Shown: positions 62,622 through 64,000 of the stretch, one piece after another | Layout of the letters: the number at the start of each line of letters is the position of its first letter | Position numbering within the stretch: position 1 is the stretch's first letter | Assembly (NCBI GenBank): GCA_964016885.1 | Contig: OZ024740.1 | Location: 342,736,001 to 342,800,000, forward strand | Source: Eledone cirrhosa | Lineage: Eukaryota | Direction: 5' to 3' | DNA: 64,000 bases | The notes under the pieces: model-generated | Told to the model about the DNA's origin: nothing | The model's input: only the letters and a program-made list of their open reading frames with translations | Database searches by the model: none | Position numbers and translations under genes: made by a program

Positions 62622-64000
62622 ATCATCATCATATTTTATGTCCGTTTTTCCCTGCTTCAAGGGTGAGACGAGTCCTCTTCAGCACAGCATCTCTCCATTC
62701 GTGTTGGTATCTTCTGTGAGCCTCAGCGATCTGAGTTCAGCTCTCACCACCTCCGCCCATCTTTTTCGTGGTCTTCCTCTACTGTGTCTTCTTTCCACCG
62801 GGATTTCTTGGCACTTATTCACCCAGCGGTCATCTTACATGCACATCACATGGCCATGTCAATGCAGTCGTCTCTCCCACACACTACAGCTTATTCCTCT
62901 TATACACAGTTTCACTCTCAACTCATCTATGCTTGGTTATTCACGCACATTGACATTACACATCCATCTGAGCATGCTTGCTTCATTTCTCTCCAGCCAT
63001 CGCACATCCTCTGCAGTTGCTGCCCATGTCTCACTACCATGCAGCATCGCACATCTCACACAGGCATCGTATAACCGACCTTTCATTCTTAGGGAGAAAC
63101 CCTTCGTTGACAACAGAGGAAGCAGCTCCCTAAACTTCTTCCATCCTGTCCTTATTCTAGATACTATGGCCTCGGAGCATCTCCCCTTGCTAATCTGATC
63201 ATCTAGATATCAGAAGCTATCAACTACCTCTATAGATCCTACCTGCATTTGAAAAATGTGCCTATCACTGACACTTCTACTATCAATTTTCCCTGAGCAT
63301 TTACTACATATGAAGTTTTCCCTTCCTGTTAGTTTGCCTGATATCCCATTACACCTCTTGTGTACTCAAGATCTACATTGTGTACATTCTATAGAGTTTA
63401 TGCCAACTCCTTTTCTACATATCGAACATGGCTATTTCCCCGATGGAATCAGAGTTTTGTCCTCTTTCCTACTTATCAACACTTTAGTCTTTGCTAGTTT
63501 TACTCTTAGTCCTCTTGGTTTCAATTGCTGTTTCCATAACTGGAATTTATTCTTTAGCTCCTCTACTCATTTTGCTATAAGTACCAGATCATCAGCATAG
63601 AGAAGTTCCCATGGGCAGCCAGTCTTAAACTTCTCTGTTATGGCTTGGAGAACTATAATGAATAAGAGTGGGCTGAGGACCAAACCCTGATGAACTCCTA
63701 CTTGTATCTGGAATTCCTCACTGAACTCCATTCCTACTCTCACTTTACTGACAGCTCCTCTGTACATAGCTTGCACTGTCTTCACAAGCCATTCCTCTAT
63801 ATCTAGTTTCCTTAGGGACCATCAGATGACAGATTGGGGTACTCTATCAAAGGCCTTCTCTAGATCAACAAAAGCTAAGTATAGTGGCCTATTCTTCTCT
63901 AAGAACCTCTCTTGTAGTTGTTTCACAAAGAAGCGGGCATCTATTGTACTTTTCCCAGGCATAAAACCAATCTCATCTAATTTAACTCTTTCTCTAATTA
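62622..64000 (-). mobile_element. RTE LINE 3' portion (continues beyond window)
   Basis: GVHQGLVLSPLLFIIVLQAITEKFKTGCPWELLYADDLVLIA; colinear with 46890-48220. Confidence 0.9.

Noticed and set aside
58551-64000. Further ACY1 exons (expected ...TW.G..P.L.SI.LNSH.DVVPV)
   Set aside because: Not found by eye; presumed to lie beyond the window.

Overview
AT-rich, microsatellite-laden eukaryotic DNA, most likely from an octopod cephalopod (inferred from recurrent OK-type and RTE-tailed tRNA-derived SINEs). Most of the window is a stack of transposable elements: a full-length but frameshifted Helitron (5124-13107) carrying an internal CRE-retrotransposon fragment; a full-length Ty3/Gypsy LTR element (16373-20589, 5-bp TSD, readable -1 frameshift signal); three Tx1/L1-clade LINEs; several RTE, R4/Dong and CRE fragments; three Penelope-like (GIY-YIG) 3' ends; hammerhead-ribozyme motifs; non-autonomous Helitrons; and many SINEs. 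The only clear host gene is aminoacylase-1 (ACY1): two coding exons at 53198-53303 and 58486-58550 on +, neither called in the correct frame by the ORF track. The two most interesting observations are (1) an uninterrupted Tc1/IS630-type transposase DNA-binding ORF whose homology stops at a GT donor that could splice in frame onto ACY1, a candidate transposase-enzyme fusion, and (2) a 340-bp palindrome downstream of ACY1 exon 2 carrying one minimal hammerhead ribozyme on each strand. All family assignments come from motif recognition by eye; no database searches were run.
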